Positions 18,308 through 28,711 of a stretch of 64,000 bases of DNA are shown here, in pieces; the first letter of the stretch is position 1, and every line of letters begins with the position of its first letter. The DNA is from an uncultured Candidatus Berkelbacteria bacterium (GTDB taxonomy: Bacteria > Patescibacteriota > UBA1384 > CAILIB01). The DNA lies in the NCBI GenBank assembly GCA_903834195.1, contig CAILIB010000029.1:7715-71714 (forward strand). Reading direction: 5' to 3'. A program made the translations under genes and the position numbers. The notes under the pieces are model-generated. The model was not told where the DNA came from. It was given only the letters and a program-made list of their open reading frames with translations, and did not search any database.

Positions 18308-20689
18308 ATGCCCAACCAAGACGTTAGAACATTCCTGGCAGAAGCCAGTACAATTCTCCTCTCGTCTCTCGACTACGAAGCAACACTCGCACGCGTAGCA
18401 GATCTCGTTGTACCAAAGTTCGCCGACTGGTGCACTGTCAGTATTATTGATCCAAATACTGGCAACCGAAGCAATCTATTTGCAAAACACGTCGATCCTA
18501 AAAAGGTTCGTCTTGCTGAATTATGGCGAACAAAAACTCCGTATGATCCGAATGCAATAGGCGGTGAAAGTGCGGTTCTTCGTACGGGTAAATCTGAAAT
18601 ATTCCCTCTGGTCACTCCTGACATGATTACGAGTGCACCTCTCTTAGGTGAAGATATTAAAGATCTCATTTTAAAACTCCAGTTACACTCCTATGTTTGT
18701 GTCCCCCTAAAAGTACGTGAACGCGTACTGGGAACGTTAAGTATTATCTGGGCAGACTCAAATAATACGTATAGTGAACAAGACTTGGCCATGTTCGAAA
18801 ACCTAGCAAGTATTGCAGCTATCGCAATCGACAATGCCCAACTGTATACCGCTGCCCAAGAACAAATCTCTTCTCGAACCATTGCTCAAGATGAATTGAG
18901 TAAACAAATCGAACAGCAACACATTATTGCTCAGCTAGGCCAACAAGCCCTTTCCGGTATATCAATTGAGGAATTGATGCATGACTCTGTGAAACTGATT
19001 GCAGCAACCCTAGAAACAGAGTACGTACATATCTTAGAGAAACTTCCTGAAGAAGATGAATTTTTACTTCGTGCGAGCACTGGCTGGCCTAAGTTTCTTA
19101 CTGGAAATCTTAAAGTGAGCACTGACCCTAGCATGCCAATTGGGCAAGCATTTTCCTCTAATCGTCCTGTAGTAATTACTAATCTCACAAAACAAAAACG
19201 CTTCAAAAATCAGGATTTCTTAAGCCAGCAAGGTATTACAAGTAGCGTAACTATTACAATTGGTGGTAAACAGGATATCTGGGGAACCTTAGGTGCACAC
19301 ACTAAAAATAAGCGCGTATTCAGCAAAAATGATATTCAGTTTCTTCAGTCAGTTGCCAATGTACTTGCCCTCTCACTTGATCGTGTTGAGGCTGAAGAGC
19401 GCATGCGCTTCCACGCGTTTCATGATACGGTAACCGGCATTCCTAACCGTGCACTTCTCCAAGATCGACTCGAACTTGAAATCGCCCGAGCCAAACGAAA
19501 TAACAGCCAAGTTGGTATTCTTTTTCTCGATCTAGATCGGTTCAAACACATTAACGACAGCTTAGGTCACGCAGTAGGCGATCTCGTTCTCAGAGAAGCT
19601 GCAGACCGTCTCAAAATATGCACCCGCCCTGGTGATACTATTGCTCGCTTTGGTGGTGATGAATTTGTAATGGTTCTTCCCGATATACTAAATACCGACG
19701 AATTAGAAGTTATCGCAAAACGCACACTCGCAAGCTTCGAACCGAGCTTTGTGATTAACTCACGCGAACTCAGTATCAATGTAAGTATTGGAATTGCACT
19801 CTATCCCCACGACGGTGAAAGTGTTGAGGACATCATCATGAATGCTGACACTGCACTCTACCGAGTCAAAGAGTTAGGGCGCAATGGGTACCGTTTGTAT
19901 ACTCAAACCATGAACCTGCGTTCCTCTGAACGACTCACTCTGGAGAGTGAGCTGCGCAAAGCTCTCGAACAGCATCAGTTTGAACTCTGGTATCAACCAG
20001 TGGTAGATATCGCGCGCAACAAAATTATTTCTGGTGAAGCCCTACCGCGTTGGCGACATCCTACTCTTGGCATAATTTACCCAGGCGATTTTTGGGAACT
20101 CGCCGAAGACACCGGCTTAAGTATTCCTCTTTTTGAGTGGAGTCTAGAAACCGCTGCCAATCAAATCGCAGCCTGGAATAGCGAAGATTTTCCCCCTGTA
20201 ACCATTGCTATAAACCTTTCAGCCCGTCAGCTCGAACACCCAAACCTAATCGAAAAGTGTAGGAGTATTATTTCAAAAACAGGCATTTCAGCCAACCGAA
20301 TCGAGATTGAGGTCACTGAAACCATGGCCATGCAAAACATTGATCGCACCGTAGAAACACTTAAAGAGCTGCGTAATCTTGGGTTTAGCACTTCGGTGGA
20401 CGATTTTGGTATCGGCCATTCTTCCCTTAACTACTTAAAACGATTACCAGTTAGTAAATTAAAAATTGATCGCTCCTTTATAAGTGATTGCATCGATAAT
20501 CCACAAGATGCTGCAATTGTTCGAGCAATTATTTCACTTGCTCAAACTCTAAACTTCAAAGTTACCGCTGAAGGAGTTGAGAATAATGATCAGCTCTCAT
20601 TTCTTCTCTCATTGGGATGTAATTCAGCGCAAGGATATCTCTTTAATCCAGCCCTTCCTGCAGTTGCATTTACCGAGTTACTTCAGTAG
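18308..20689 (+). CDS. GAF-GAF-GGDEF-EAL diguanylate cyclase/phosphodiesterase
   Basis: Two GAF domains, DLDRFKHINDSLGH, intact GGDEF, EAL, DDFGIGHSSL, KIDRSF. Confidence 0.95.
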   Translation: MPNQDVRTFLAEASTILLSSLDYEATLARVADLVVPKFADWCTVSIIDPNTGNRSNLFAKHVDPKKVRLAELWRTKTPYDPNAIGGESAVLRTGKSEIFPLVTPDMITSAPLLGEDIKDLILKLQLHSYVCVPLKVRERVLGTLSIIWADSNNTYSEQDLAMFENLASIAAIAIDNAQLYTAAQEQISSRTIAQDELSKQIEQQHIIAQLGQQALSGISIEELMHDSVKLIAATLETEYVHILEKLPEEDEFLLRASTGWPKFLTGNLKVSTDPSMPIGQAFSSNRPVVITNLTKQKRFKNQDFLSQQGITSSVTITIGGKQDIWGTLGAHTKNKRVFSKNDIQFLQSVANVLALSLDRVEAEERMRFHAFHDTVTGIPNRALLQDRLELEIARAKRNNSQVGILFLDLDRFKHINDSLGHAVGDLVLREAADRLKICTRPGDTIARFGGDEFVMVLPDILNTDELEVIAKRTLASFEPSFVINSRELSINVSIGIALYPHDGESVEDIIMNADTALYRVKELGRNGYRLYTQTMNLRSSERLTLESELRKALEQHQFELWYQPVVDIARNKIISGEALPRWRHPTLGIIYPGDFWELAEDTGLSIPLFEWSLETAANQIAAWNSEDFPPVTIAINLSARQLEHPNLIEKCRSIISKTGISANRIEIEVTETMAMQNIDRTVETLKELRNLGFSTSVDDFGIGHSSLNYLKRLPVSKLKIDRSFISDCIDNPQDAAIVRAIISLAQTLNFKVTAEGVENNDQLSFLLSLGCNSAQGYLFNPALPAVAFTELLQ

Positions 20690-20758
20690 GGTATTTGAAT
20701 ATATGTGTTAGCAGCTTATATTATTGACTAATCTATTTAGATACAGTAAAATGGCTGC

Positions 20759-21211
20759 ATGACACGTTCAGACCTCCTCAAAGAATTCTTCGAATCACTT
20801 ATACCGTTCCAACGCCTGGTCCGTACCCAGAAGGAACGATTCTTTAAGGATCTCGAAATTTCCCCCACTCACCTTGAGCTTCTCTATTTTCTTAAACATA
20901 GTGAAAAATCTACAGTAAAGGATGTTGCCAGCCGATTAAACATCACAAGTAGCGGTGCCACCCAAGTAATCGAAGAAGCTGTCCAACATGAACACATTGA
21001 ACGCACTACAGATGAAATAGACCGGCGGGTTGTGCACCTAACAATCACACCTAAAGGCGCTGCATTCGCCAAGGAACTCGGTAAAAAACACATGCACCAA
21101 ATGGAAGAATGCTTCGCCGAAGTTACTGACGAAGAGATCATCGCTCTCACCGCACTCTACACAAAAATCATCCCCCACCTTCGTAAAAATTTAGCTCACA
21201 TCAATGACTAA
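20759..21211 (+). CDS. MarR family transcriptional regulator
   Basis: Winged HTH with DRRVVHLTITPKG; precedes an MFS pump. Confidence 0.9.
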   Translation: MTRSDLLKEFFESLIPFQRLVRTQKERFFKDLEISPTHLELLYFLKHSEKSTVKDVASRLNITSSGATQVIEEAVQHEHIERTTDEIDRRVVHLTITPKGAAFAKELGKKHMHQMEECFAEVTDEEIIALTALYTKIIPHLRKNLAHIND

Positions 21212-22871
21212 TCCAGAACACCCAAAGCCGCAGCACCAATCGTTCCTCAAACACTGGGGTAGTTTAGTTGTACTAAGTCTAGCGCTGGCGATCATAGTTA
21301 TTGATACAACACTCTTGAATGTATCACTGACCACGATCATCAACGACCTCAAAACCGATATTCAACACCTACAATGGGTGATTACTGCCTACGCTCTTAC
21401 ACTGGCTGCACTCACTATTACTGGTGGCCGCCTCGGTGACTTTTTTGGTCGCAAGAAGATGTTCATTCTCGGTGCTATTCTCTTTGCCATCGGCTCGCTT
21501 ACTGCATCATATAGCACCAACTTTGTTACGCTTCTCCTGGGTGAATCTCTGATTGAAGGTATCGGTGCCGCACTGATGATGCCCGCAACAGCTTCGTTAC
21601 TTGTGAACAACTTCCATGGCCGCGATCGCGCTATTGCCTTCGGTGTTTGGGGTGGGATTGCTGGCGCAGCTGCTGCTATAGGACCTGTTCTTGGTGGATA
21701 CCTCACTGCCCACTACTCGTGGCGTTGGGGCTTCCGGATTAACGTTTTCGTAGTTCTTATTTTACTTGCCTTCTCATACTTAGTGAAAGAAGCAAAGGGA
21801 GAAAAGAAAAAGATTACCCTTGATATTACCGGTGTATTTCTCTCGGCTTTTGGCCTTCTTAGCGTCGTATTCGGTATTATCGAATCTACAACCTACGGCT
21901 GGTGGCAAGCCAAAGAAACCTTTACAGTGTACGGTCACGCGATAACCTTTGGCAACCTGTCAGTCACCCCAATTAGCATGCTGATTGGTGCAATTCTACT
22001 CACTATTTTCTTCTGGTGGGAGAACGTAGTTGAAGCTAAAGGAAAGACTCCGCTTATTTCGATGCACATCTTTGCAAATAAGGCTTTCAGTGCTGGTTTA
22101 GTTACTGTGAGTGTTATTTCTCTTGGTATGTCTGGTATTTTCCTCGCTATCCCAATTTTCCTTCAGACAGTGCGTGGCATGGACTCACTCCAAACTGGGT
22201 ATGCTCTCTTACCAATGTCACTCGCACTTCTGATTGTGTCTCCAATTGGCGCAGTGCTTAGTCATAAAGTATTACCAAAGTACCTAGTACAAGCTGGATT
22301 ACTTTTGAACGTAGTGGCACTATTCTACTTTAACCGCCTATTTGGACCAGATACTACTGCTGCACAACTTATTGCTCCACTCGCAATCTACGGTGTTGGC
22401 ATGGGTCTGGTAATGTCACAAATTAACAATATTATTTTGTCGGCACTTCCTGTTCAATACGCCGGTGAAGCATCTGGTATTAACAGTACAATGCGCCAGC
22501 TCGGCTCAACACTTGGCTCAGCTATTATTGGTGCAGTTATCATTTCTTCACTCAGTAGCCATATCACCAGTGGAATTCAAAATAGTACAGTTATCCCAAC
22601 TGCTGCTAAACCACAAATTATTGCTCAAGCAGCTGCGGAAGGTTCAAATATCGAGTTTGCTGGACCAAGTAAGGTCAACTCAACTACCTCCCCTGTCATA
22701 GCCACAGAAATGACATCTATTAGTCACAACGCAATTGCTCAATCTGACGTTGATGCAACCCTCTACACAATTGGTTTTGGAATCCTTGGTTTTGTGCTTT
22801 CATTCCTCCTCCCAAGCGAGCGTCCAAAAACCCACGGACCAGCAGAAAAACAACCCGCTGCAGGTCACTAG
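21204..22871 (+). CDS. MFS efflux transporter, DHA2 (EmrB/QacA) family
   Basis: IDTTLLNVSL, GRLGDFFGRKK, GPVLGG..WRWGF.IN; about 14 TM helices. Confidence 0.92.
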   Translation: MTNPEHPKPQHQSFLKHWGSLVVLSLALAIIVIDTTLLNVSLTTIINDLKTDIQHLQWVITAYALTLAALTITGGRLGDFFGRKKMFILGAILFAIGSLTASYSTNFVTLLLGESLIEGIGAALMMPATASLLVNNFHGRDRAIAFGVWGGIAGAAAAIGPVLGGYLTAHYSWRWGFRINVFVVLILLAFSYLVKEAKGEKKKITLDITGVFLSAFGLLSVVFGIIESTTYGWWQAKETFTVYGHAITFGNLSVTPISMLIGAILLTIFFWWENVVEAKGKTPLISMHIFANKAFSAGLVTVSVISLGMSGIFLAIPIFLQTVRGMDSLQTGYALLPMSLALLIVSPIGAVLSHKVLPKYLVQAGLLLNVVALFYFNRLFGPDTTAAQLIAPLAIYGVGMGLVMSQINNIILSALPVQYAGEASGINSTMRQLGSTLGSAIIGAVIISSLSSHITSGIQNSTVIPTAAKPQIIAQAAAEGSNIEFAGPSKVNSTTSPVIATEMTSISHNAIAQSDVDATLYTIGFGILGFVLSFLLPSERPKTHGPAEKQPAAGH

Positions 22872-22872
22872 T

Positions 22873-23514
22873 CTAGAGAATATTTACACTACGTGCAGCG
22901 AGCAGAGTAATGATCGTAAGTGATACTCCAGCTTGTACAATCATGAGAATCTTAGCCCAACGAGAGATTGGAGCTGTGTCGGTAGTAGAAAACGCTGCGC
23001 TCGTATTAAACGATAAATACAGGTAGTCAACGAAGAGCGGTTTCCATGTCATTAACATGAGCCGCTCTTTTACGTGTACGTCCAACATCATAGGTTGAAA
23101 AAGAAAGGCACCACTGACATGTTCAGGTTTAATTGCCCGAATATGCGGACCACCTGCATCCAATCGCCAGTACCAATTCGCAAAGATGAGGATATTTGTC
23201 ACCCAAAGTAACACCGCTGAACGAAGTAGTTGCACAGGCTCAATACTGTGCTGTGGCAGTGCAGATATAAGAAGTGCAATTGAAAATACAAGAAACAGAG
23301 TGAGCACACTCAAGAGTAGGTAACTCACCGACTGTGCATGACCATGTTTTCCTTTTCGATGATAAAAGAAGATTGGCACTGAACAAACTAGAGCAATACC
23401 CAACGGTAGCCAAGCTGGACCAATCAACAAATTATCCGGTAGCGCAGCATACAAACCAACAATAGAGAGTGTAGCCAGTACCGACGGCCAGTGAGGTTCG
23501 TGTTCAGTTTTCAT
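22873..23514 (-). CDS. Conserved membrane protein (DUF1345-like)
   Basis: WYWRLDAGGP, FVDYLYLSF..S.AFS.TD motifs; start MKTEH 6 nt after TATCAT. Confidence 0.7.
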   Translation of the reverse strand: MKTEHEPHWPSVLATLSIVGLYAALPDNLLIGPAWLPLGIALVCSVPIFFYHRKGKHGHAQSVSYLLLSVLTLFLVFSIALLISALPQHSIEPVQLLRSAVLLWVTNILIFANWYWRLDAGGPHIRAIKPEHVSGAFLFQPMMLDVHVKERLMLMTWKPLFVDYLYLSFNTSAAFSTTDTAPISRWAKILMIVQAGVSLTIITLLAARSVNIL

Positions 23515-23553
23515 GTACCAATGATACACGTAAATAGGAAGTTGGGAGAAGCC

Positions 23554-24807
23554 CTATTTTGCAGTAAGGTAGAAGAAATCTCGATCTATATCATGGAGAT
23601 ATGAGTAAAAATCTCCGTTTTGCGCACCTTTCATGAGTACCTGTGATACATATTGCCCAGGTTTACCACTTGGATTAAAAAAGTTAAAACGTACCCAGAA
23701 CGGGTTAATATCGAGCTGCATAGCATTAACTGCACCAGCACTCTTAAGGGCATAGGCTAAGGTAGTTGGAGTAAGAGCATTCCCCATCGCAAAGACAAGA
23801 TTTCCATCTGCTGTTATACCAACTCCACTTCGCCAGGTATAAATATCAGAAGTAAGAGTACGACCCCACAGTTTTTTGTTACGTTCTCCTTGTGTCCCAA
23901 TCTCACCATTTTCAATGAGCATTGGGCAGTTTTGTCGAGCAAAAATAACATCCGAACCAAAGGCTTGACCCTGGTATCTTTCAATTGTGACATGACCATC
24001 GGTATGACCAATAATAGTTGCAGCATCCGTCTGCATTGCATTGTATGTCACCCCATTCAAGTACATTCCATAATTACCATCAATGACTTGAAATCCCCCA
24101 TCAAACGCCGCAACTAATTTGCCAGATTTAAGAACAGTATCTTGAATAGTACCCGAGCCTGGATGAGCCTTTCCACCTGGCTCAAGCCGACCTGCAACTT
24201 CACCCAATCGAAATACCGACATATCTACTTTCACCAGCGTTGCAAACGCATAACTACGATCGGCGTCAGGGCGGATAAATGTATCTGCCATAACTTCACT
24301 TCCCGGAACCACATCAACCGTATGATTTGCCCACACACCTTCTCCTGCTAATGGAGTAAAGAATGTAGTTGGAATAGTATCTAGGTTAAGTTTAGACTTT
24401 TCAGGGGCCTGCTTAGTTTGCGGAGAATCAGCTATCTGCGGAGCTTCAACTGTTTTATATTTGTACTGTTCCTGCTGAATTTTATCAGCAAAATTAAACA
24501 GTATTCGCTCCATCGCTACCGTACGATCAACTCCAATAACTGGGCGCAAATAATGATCTGCGATAAGCGCGGCCAACTCTGGATTATTCTTTACTTGAAC
24601 TAACGCATAACTAAGTGCTCCAATAAAAATAACTGGAACTGCACTCCAAATGTACACCCACCAATAAATCTTTTGTTTTTTGCGCCCATAGCGAACATTT
24701 TGTGGAACTTCAAAAGCTCCTCGCGGTAATGGTTTCCGATATGTTTTCTCGGATGAGCGCGAGTTAGTCTTAGGAGCTAATTTTAGTGGTGTTCTCTTTT
24801 TAGTCAC
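23554..24807 (-). CDS. Phosphodiester glycosidase (NAGPA) family protein, membrane anchored
   Basis: AAFDGGF, WRSGVG, AMQLDIN motifs; GTG start 6 nt after TATAAT. Confidence 0.75.
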   Translation of the reverse strand: MTKKRTPLKLAPKTNSRSSEKTYRKPLPRGAFEVPQNVRYGRKKQKIYWWVYIWSAVPVIFIGALSYALVQVKNNPELAALIADHYLRPVIGVDRTVAMERILFNFADKIQQEQYKYKTVEAPQIADSPQTKQAPEKSKLNLDTIPTTFFTPLAGEGVWANHTVDVVPGSEVMADTFIRPDADRSYAFATLVKVDMSVFRLGEVAGRLEPGGKAHPGSGTIQDTVLKSGKLVAAFDGGFQVIDGNYGMYLNGVTYNAMQTDAATIIGHTDGHVTIERYQGQAFGSDVIFARQNCPMLIENGEIGTQGERNKKLWGRTLTSDIYTWRSGVGITADGNLVFAMGNALTPTTLAYALKSAGAVNAMQLDINPFWVRFNFFNPSGKPGQYVSQVLMKGAQNGDFYSYLHDIDRDFFYLTAK

Positions 24808-24814
24808 TAGTATA

Positions 24815-25558
24815 TTATACCTGAACAGTGGTTTTTCCTTTACCCGGAAAATGCTCAACTTGATGGGTCAATGCTTCAACAAGTACTTCTGAGAGTGCTT
24901 TTCCTTTTACGGTATCTATTGTTATTTTAACATTCTTTTCTAGCACTCCATTCTCTGATAATTCACGTACAGAATATAGTGAAAGCAATCCACCCCCTGG
25001 GTATGGGTGTAGATTCTGAATGGTCTTCTCTTTGGTTTTTTGTACCTCAGGTCGCAAATAATAGAGTAATGAAGTTTCAGTACTTCCCCCATGAGTATCA
25101 GAAACTCCAAAAAGATCTTTCGCACGTGCGCGTACGGCAGGAGTATAGGCAAACATACTCACAACTTTGAGTGAACTTTGCCGACTAAACTCTTCGCAAA
25201 TGGTTGCAGCTAAATTCACATTGCCGCCGTGGGCATTGTACAAAATTGCTTTGCTAAATCCGCTCTTTGCCAACCATTCAAACAAGTTTTGAAGCACATG
25301 CATCATGTCAAATGCATTTACTGAGAGTGTTCCATCAAATCCATCATGCTCAATTGAGTCACCAAACCACACAGCTGGATAGAGCATTACACCTGTTGGA
25401 TTACTTGCTTCGACCATCGATGCAATACTCTCGGCAATGTATGTATCGGTCAGCAGAGGAAGGTACGGACCATGTTGTTCAAACGCACCAAAAGGAATAA
25501 TCGCCACAGCATTTTTGTGTGATTTTATTTCTTCGGTGGTTAAATTTCCTGCAATCAT
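24815..25558 (-). CDS. Creatininase family amidohydrolase
   Basis: PFGAFEQHGPYLPLLTD, S.EH, NAHGGN, HGG.ETS. Confidence 0.9.
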   Translation of the reverse strand: MIAGNLTTEEIKSHKNAVAIIPFGAFEQHGPYLPLLTDTYIAESIASMVEASNPTGVMLYPAVWFGDSIEHDGFDGTLSVNAFDMMHVLQNLFEWLAKSGFSKAILYNAHGGNVNLAATICEEFSRQSSLKVVSMFAYTPAVRARAKDLFGVSDTHGGSTETSLLYYLRPEVQKTKEKTIQNLHPYPGGGLLSLYSVRELSENGVLEKNVKITIDTVKGKALSEVLVEALTHQVEHFPGKGKTTVQV

Positions 25559-26316
25559 TGGTGGGTAATCACAATAAATAGGTAAGAACGGAGGAATGGA
25601 ACAAGCAATGGCACAAGCGCATATAGAAAGGCTAGAGGGTACGGTATGCGCGTAGGAAACGCGCCTCGCACAAGTGCTTTTTCACTACCAGCAATATACC
25701 CCTTTTTCTCAACGTTGAAACCAGCTTTTTGCACGACTTCCAGCAATTCAGCCATCGAATACTCGTGATGATGTAACTGTTTACGAGTTGGACCTTCATG
25801 AACAGGGTAAATCGGCCGACCAAAAATTACCCGAATCCGATTTGCCAGATTACAGATATTTGGGGTGGTAAGAATTACTCTCCCCTCTGGCGAAAGTACG
25901 CGCTTTAACTCCGATACGCAGTGCTCAGGACCGTCTTCAAAATGCTCAATAACTTCTGTGAATAAAATTACATCAACACTTTTATCGGCAATTGGTACTA
26001 CTTCATGCTCGACATCACACTGCACAATTTCTAATCCCTGAGCTTCTAATGCAGATTGAGTGTTGAACCGATTAGGATCGTAATCCACACCAATAACTCG
26101 AGTTGCTCCAAATCGTTTACAACTGAGTGCAAGGTGACACGGAAGCGTACCAATATCCAGCACAGTTTTTCCCACTACCTGACTCTGAGAAAGAAGTCGT
26201 AACGTATCTACATACCTACTACGGTGGAGACGAAAATACTCAAGCTCGGCTGAGTTATCAGGTTTAATCTGGCGAATAAGTGTATATGCAGTGGATCGAT
26301 TCATACTACTCAGCAT
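25555..26316 (-). CDS. Class I SAM-dependent methyltransferase
   Basis: VLDIG, D.ILFTEVIEH, L.P.G..ILTTPN. Confidence 0.88.
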   Translation of the reverse strand: MLSSMNRSTAYTLIRQIKPDNSAELEYFRLHRSRYVDTLRLLSQSQVVGKTVLDIGTLPCHLALSCKRFGATRVIGVDYDPNRFNTQSALEAQGLEIVQCDVEHEVVPIADKSVDVILFTEVIEHFEDGPEHCVSELKRVLSPEGRVILTTPNICNLANRIRVIFGRPIYPVHEGPTRKQLHHHEYSMAELLEVVQKAGFNVEKKGYIAGSEKALVRGAFPTRIPYPLAFLYALVPLLVPFLRSYLFIVITHQ

Positions 26317-27490
26317 CTAAAAAGTGTTTCCCTTTTAGCTCATCGGGCAACATCTCGCCCTCTGTATACATTTCGTACCCATCGCCATACCCAAGTTCCT
26401 TCATTAACCCAGTTGGCGCGTTGCGTAATTTAAAAGGAACTGGCAGATTTCCTGTTTCTTTTACAACCTGTTGAGCGCGCCGTAACCCATCGTAGGCGCG
26501 ACGATCTTTCTTACAACTGGCCAAATATGCCACCCCATGCGCCAAATTAATGGACGCCTCCGGGTAGCCAATTGATCGAACCGCCTCAAATACAGCATTC
26601 GCCACTACCAGTGCAGTTGGCTGGGCGAGTCCAACATCTTCCGAGGCAAACACCACCATACGCCGCGCAATAAAGACTGGATCTTCCCCGGCTTCGATCA
26701 TGCGTGCCAGGTAGTAGAGCGCAGCATCAGCATTACTGGCGCGCATACTTTTTATGAAGGCTGAGATTGTATTGTAATGTTCCTCACCTGTTTTGTCGTA
26801 GCGCAAGCGAACCTGACCAGCTTGCTCAACTGTTTTCTGAGTAACTTCTCCATATAACGCGTGTGCCGAATCAATTAACCCAATCAATTGCCGAGCATCC
26901 CCACTCGTGAGGGTGGTGAGCCATTTTTTAGCTTCTGCATCTTGCACGAGTTGAGTACGCTCAATTACTAAGCCCATTTCATCAGGAGTAAGCGATTGCA
27001 ACACAAACACACGACAGCGCGAGAGCAAGGCTGGAATCACTTCAAAGCTCGGATTTTCGGTGGTGGCACCAATTAAGGTTAATTTGCCTGATTCAACCCA
27101 TGGCAGGAGAAAATCTTGTTGCGATTTATTAAAACGGTGAATTTCATCCAAAAATAGAATGGTCGGCTGAAGATCGTTTTCAGCTTGCAGAAGGATTTTG
27201 CGAATATCGTCTTTACCGGCTGAAACAGCTGAGAGCTCGTATAGCGTTGCTTCTACTGCCTCAGCGTAAATGCGGGCAATAGTAGTTTTACCCACACCTG
27301 GCGGACCCCAGAGAATAAATGACAGGAGACGCTTAGATTCAACAGCTACCCTTAGCGGTTTTCCGGAGCCTATAAGATGCTGCTGACCTACCACTTCATC
27401 CAGATTTTTTGGACGCAATCGAGAAGCTAGCGGCTGTTTGCCGATATGTTCGGGGAAAACGCTTACTTGTTCGGCTTTCTTTCGGTTCAT
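26306..27490 (-). CDS. rarA: Replication-associated recombination protein A (AAA+ ATPase)
   Basis: [45 protein letters not shown]. Confidence 0.95.
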   Translation of the reverse strand: MNRKKAEQVSVFPEHIGKQPLASRLRPKNLDEVVGQQHLIGSGKPLRVAVESKRLLSFILWGPPGVGKTTIARIYAEAVEATLYELSAVSAGKDDIRKILLQAENDLQPTILFLDEIHRFNKSQQDFLLPWVESGKLTLIGATTENPSFEVIPALLSRCRVFVLQSLTPDEMGLVIERTQLVQDAEAKKWLTTLTSGDARQLIGLIDSAHALYGEVTQKTVEQAGQVRLRYDKTGEEHYNTISAFIKSMRASNADAALYYLARMIEAGEDPVFIARRMVVFASEDVGLAQPTALVVANAVFEAVRSIGYPEASINLAHGVAYLASCKKDRRAYDGLRRAQQVVKETGNLPVPFKLRNAPTGLMKELGYGDGYEMYTEGEMLPDELKGKHFLDAE

Positions 27491-27568
27491 ACCAGTAGCA
27501 TACCACGTTTTTATCTAATTTCCATCTCGTTATTAGCGCATAATTATATCAATAATTGGCTATGGTAA

Positions 27569-27597
27569 TTGACAAATCGTATAAATGTGTGTATATT
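27569..27597 (+). promoter_or_regulatory. Sigma70-type promoter driving an orphan transcript
   Basis: TTGACA-17 nt-TATATT. Confidence 0.75.
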
Positions 27598-27603
27598 GTC
27601 GAG

Positions 27604-27881
27604 ACTCAAGGAGGTCACAACATGGGTTTCTAGCACAACTAGAATCGGCGTTCGGCGCTCGAGATAGGTACAACCCTTCTCCAGCGCCCTCGTAAACCAT
27701 GATCTGCACCACCGAATGAGAAAAGCAAAAGATACCACACAAATAGGAGGTGTGTTATGAGCTACAACTAAAACCGCGCTAAGCGCATAAACAAATCAGG
27801 ACTAATGTCCGGATCAAAAAAAGAAGCCATTTAGGCACCTTGGGACCCATAGCACGCAACGAAGCAGCTAGGGTCCCTTTT
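27604..27881 (+). ncRNA. Candidate structured RNA with two SD-led minigenes
   Basis: Bounded by a promoter and a terminator; several stems; AAGGAGGT-ATG GGT TTC TAG (27622-27633) and TAGGAGGTG-ATG AGC TAC AAC TAA (27757-27771). Confidence 0.6.
27842..27881 (+). terminator. Rho-independent terminator
   Basis: GGGACCC-A-TAGC...GCTA-GGGTCCC-TTTT. Confidence 0.75.
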
Positions 27882-27883
27882 AT

Positions 27884-28651
27884 TTACTTCTCTTTTCTCA
27901 ACTTTGCCCCATCCCACGCCAGTGAAAAAATCTGCGCAACTGTATTGGCAATTTCTGGGCTTTGAATCAGTACACCAAAGTGGTTTTTATTTGTGTAATT
28001 GAAAAACTTAATTCCCCAATCTGTGAACACTGTTAATGAACCTTCAAGAAGTAGCTCCCCCGGCAAAAAGTGAATTGCCTCACGGAGCTCTTTTTTATTT
28101 TGAGCTTCAGTAAGCATTTCCTTGCTTACATAAATAACCTTAGAGTGGATTCCTCGTTCTACTCGAGTATTAACCGTCTGTTTACGTTGCTGGGGAAACG
28201 TTTCTACCACAATATCCAAAGGAGAAATGGTAAGCATCTCAGTATCAGAGGTCATCTGATCACTGCCGTAGTTCTCAAGCTCAACCAACCCATCTTTACC
28301 CTCAAAGAACCGAACTACGGGCTTATCAGAGCGAAAATTGTACATCGCCTCAAGCTGGGTGATATTTGCCTTCAGGTCAGAACGATGTGCCTCAAGCTCA
28401 GCAATATGAGTATCAACCAACTGTTCGAGAACTGCTGGGTGCTCGGCACGGAAGTAACTTCGCTTACCTTCAGGTGCTTCTTTCAAAAGACCAAGTTTGG
28501 AGAGACGCTCCAAAATAACGTACACCGTGACCCGCTTAATACCGGTTTTTGTAGCCACATCTTGCACACTAGCTGTACCCAACTGCAAAAGTGCCAAGTA
28601 GGTAGCTGCTTCTTTGTCTGAAAGCCCAAGTTTTTGTAAGAGTTCTTGCAT
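27884..28651 (-). CDS. TrmB-like HTH transcriptional regulator
   Basis: LGLSDKEAATYLALLQLG..VA.KTGIKR.TVY.IL..L, KPVVRFFEG; promoter TTGATA-17-TATACT 6 nt before ATG. Confidence 0.88.
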   Translation of the reverse strand: MQELLQKLGLSDKEAATYLALLQLGTASVQDVATKTGIKRVTVYVILERLSKLGLLKEAPEGKRSYFRAEHPAVLEQLVDTHIAELEAHRSDLKANITQLEAMYNFRSDKPVVRFFEGKDGLVELENYGSDQMTSDTEMLTISPLDIVVETFPQQRKQTVNTRVERGIHSKVIYVSKEMLTEAQNKKELREAIHFLPGELLLEGSLTVFTDWGIKFFNYTNKNHFGVLIQSPEIANTVAQIFSLAWDGAKLRKEK

Positions 28652-28711
28652 GAATACAGTATACATAATCCGTATACTTTTATCAATAAGTGACAATATT
28701 AAATATACTTT

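Noticed and set aside
27622..27702. Stop-codon readthrough or recoding extending the MGF minigene
   Set aside because: A second TAG follows two codons later, and TAG/TGA/TAA all terminate normal genes in this window
27604..27881. tmRNA, RNase P or SRP RNA as the identity of the orphan transcript
   Set aside because: No tRNA-like T-arm/CCA end, no GAGGAAAGTCC and no SRP helix-8 motif visible; a formal Rfam scan is still needed
27547..28689. Shared TATCAATAA at 27547 and 28681 as a TrmB operator
   Set aside because: AT-rich 9-mer; the second copy is explained as the -35 (TTGATA) of the trmB-like promoter
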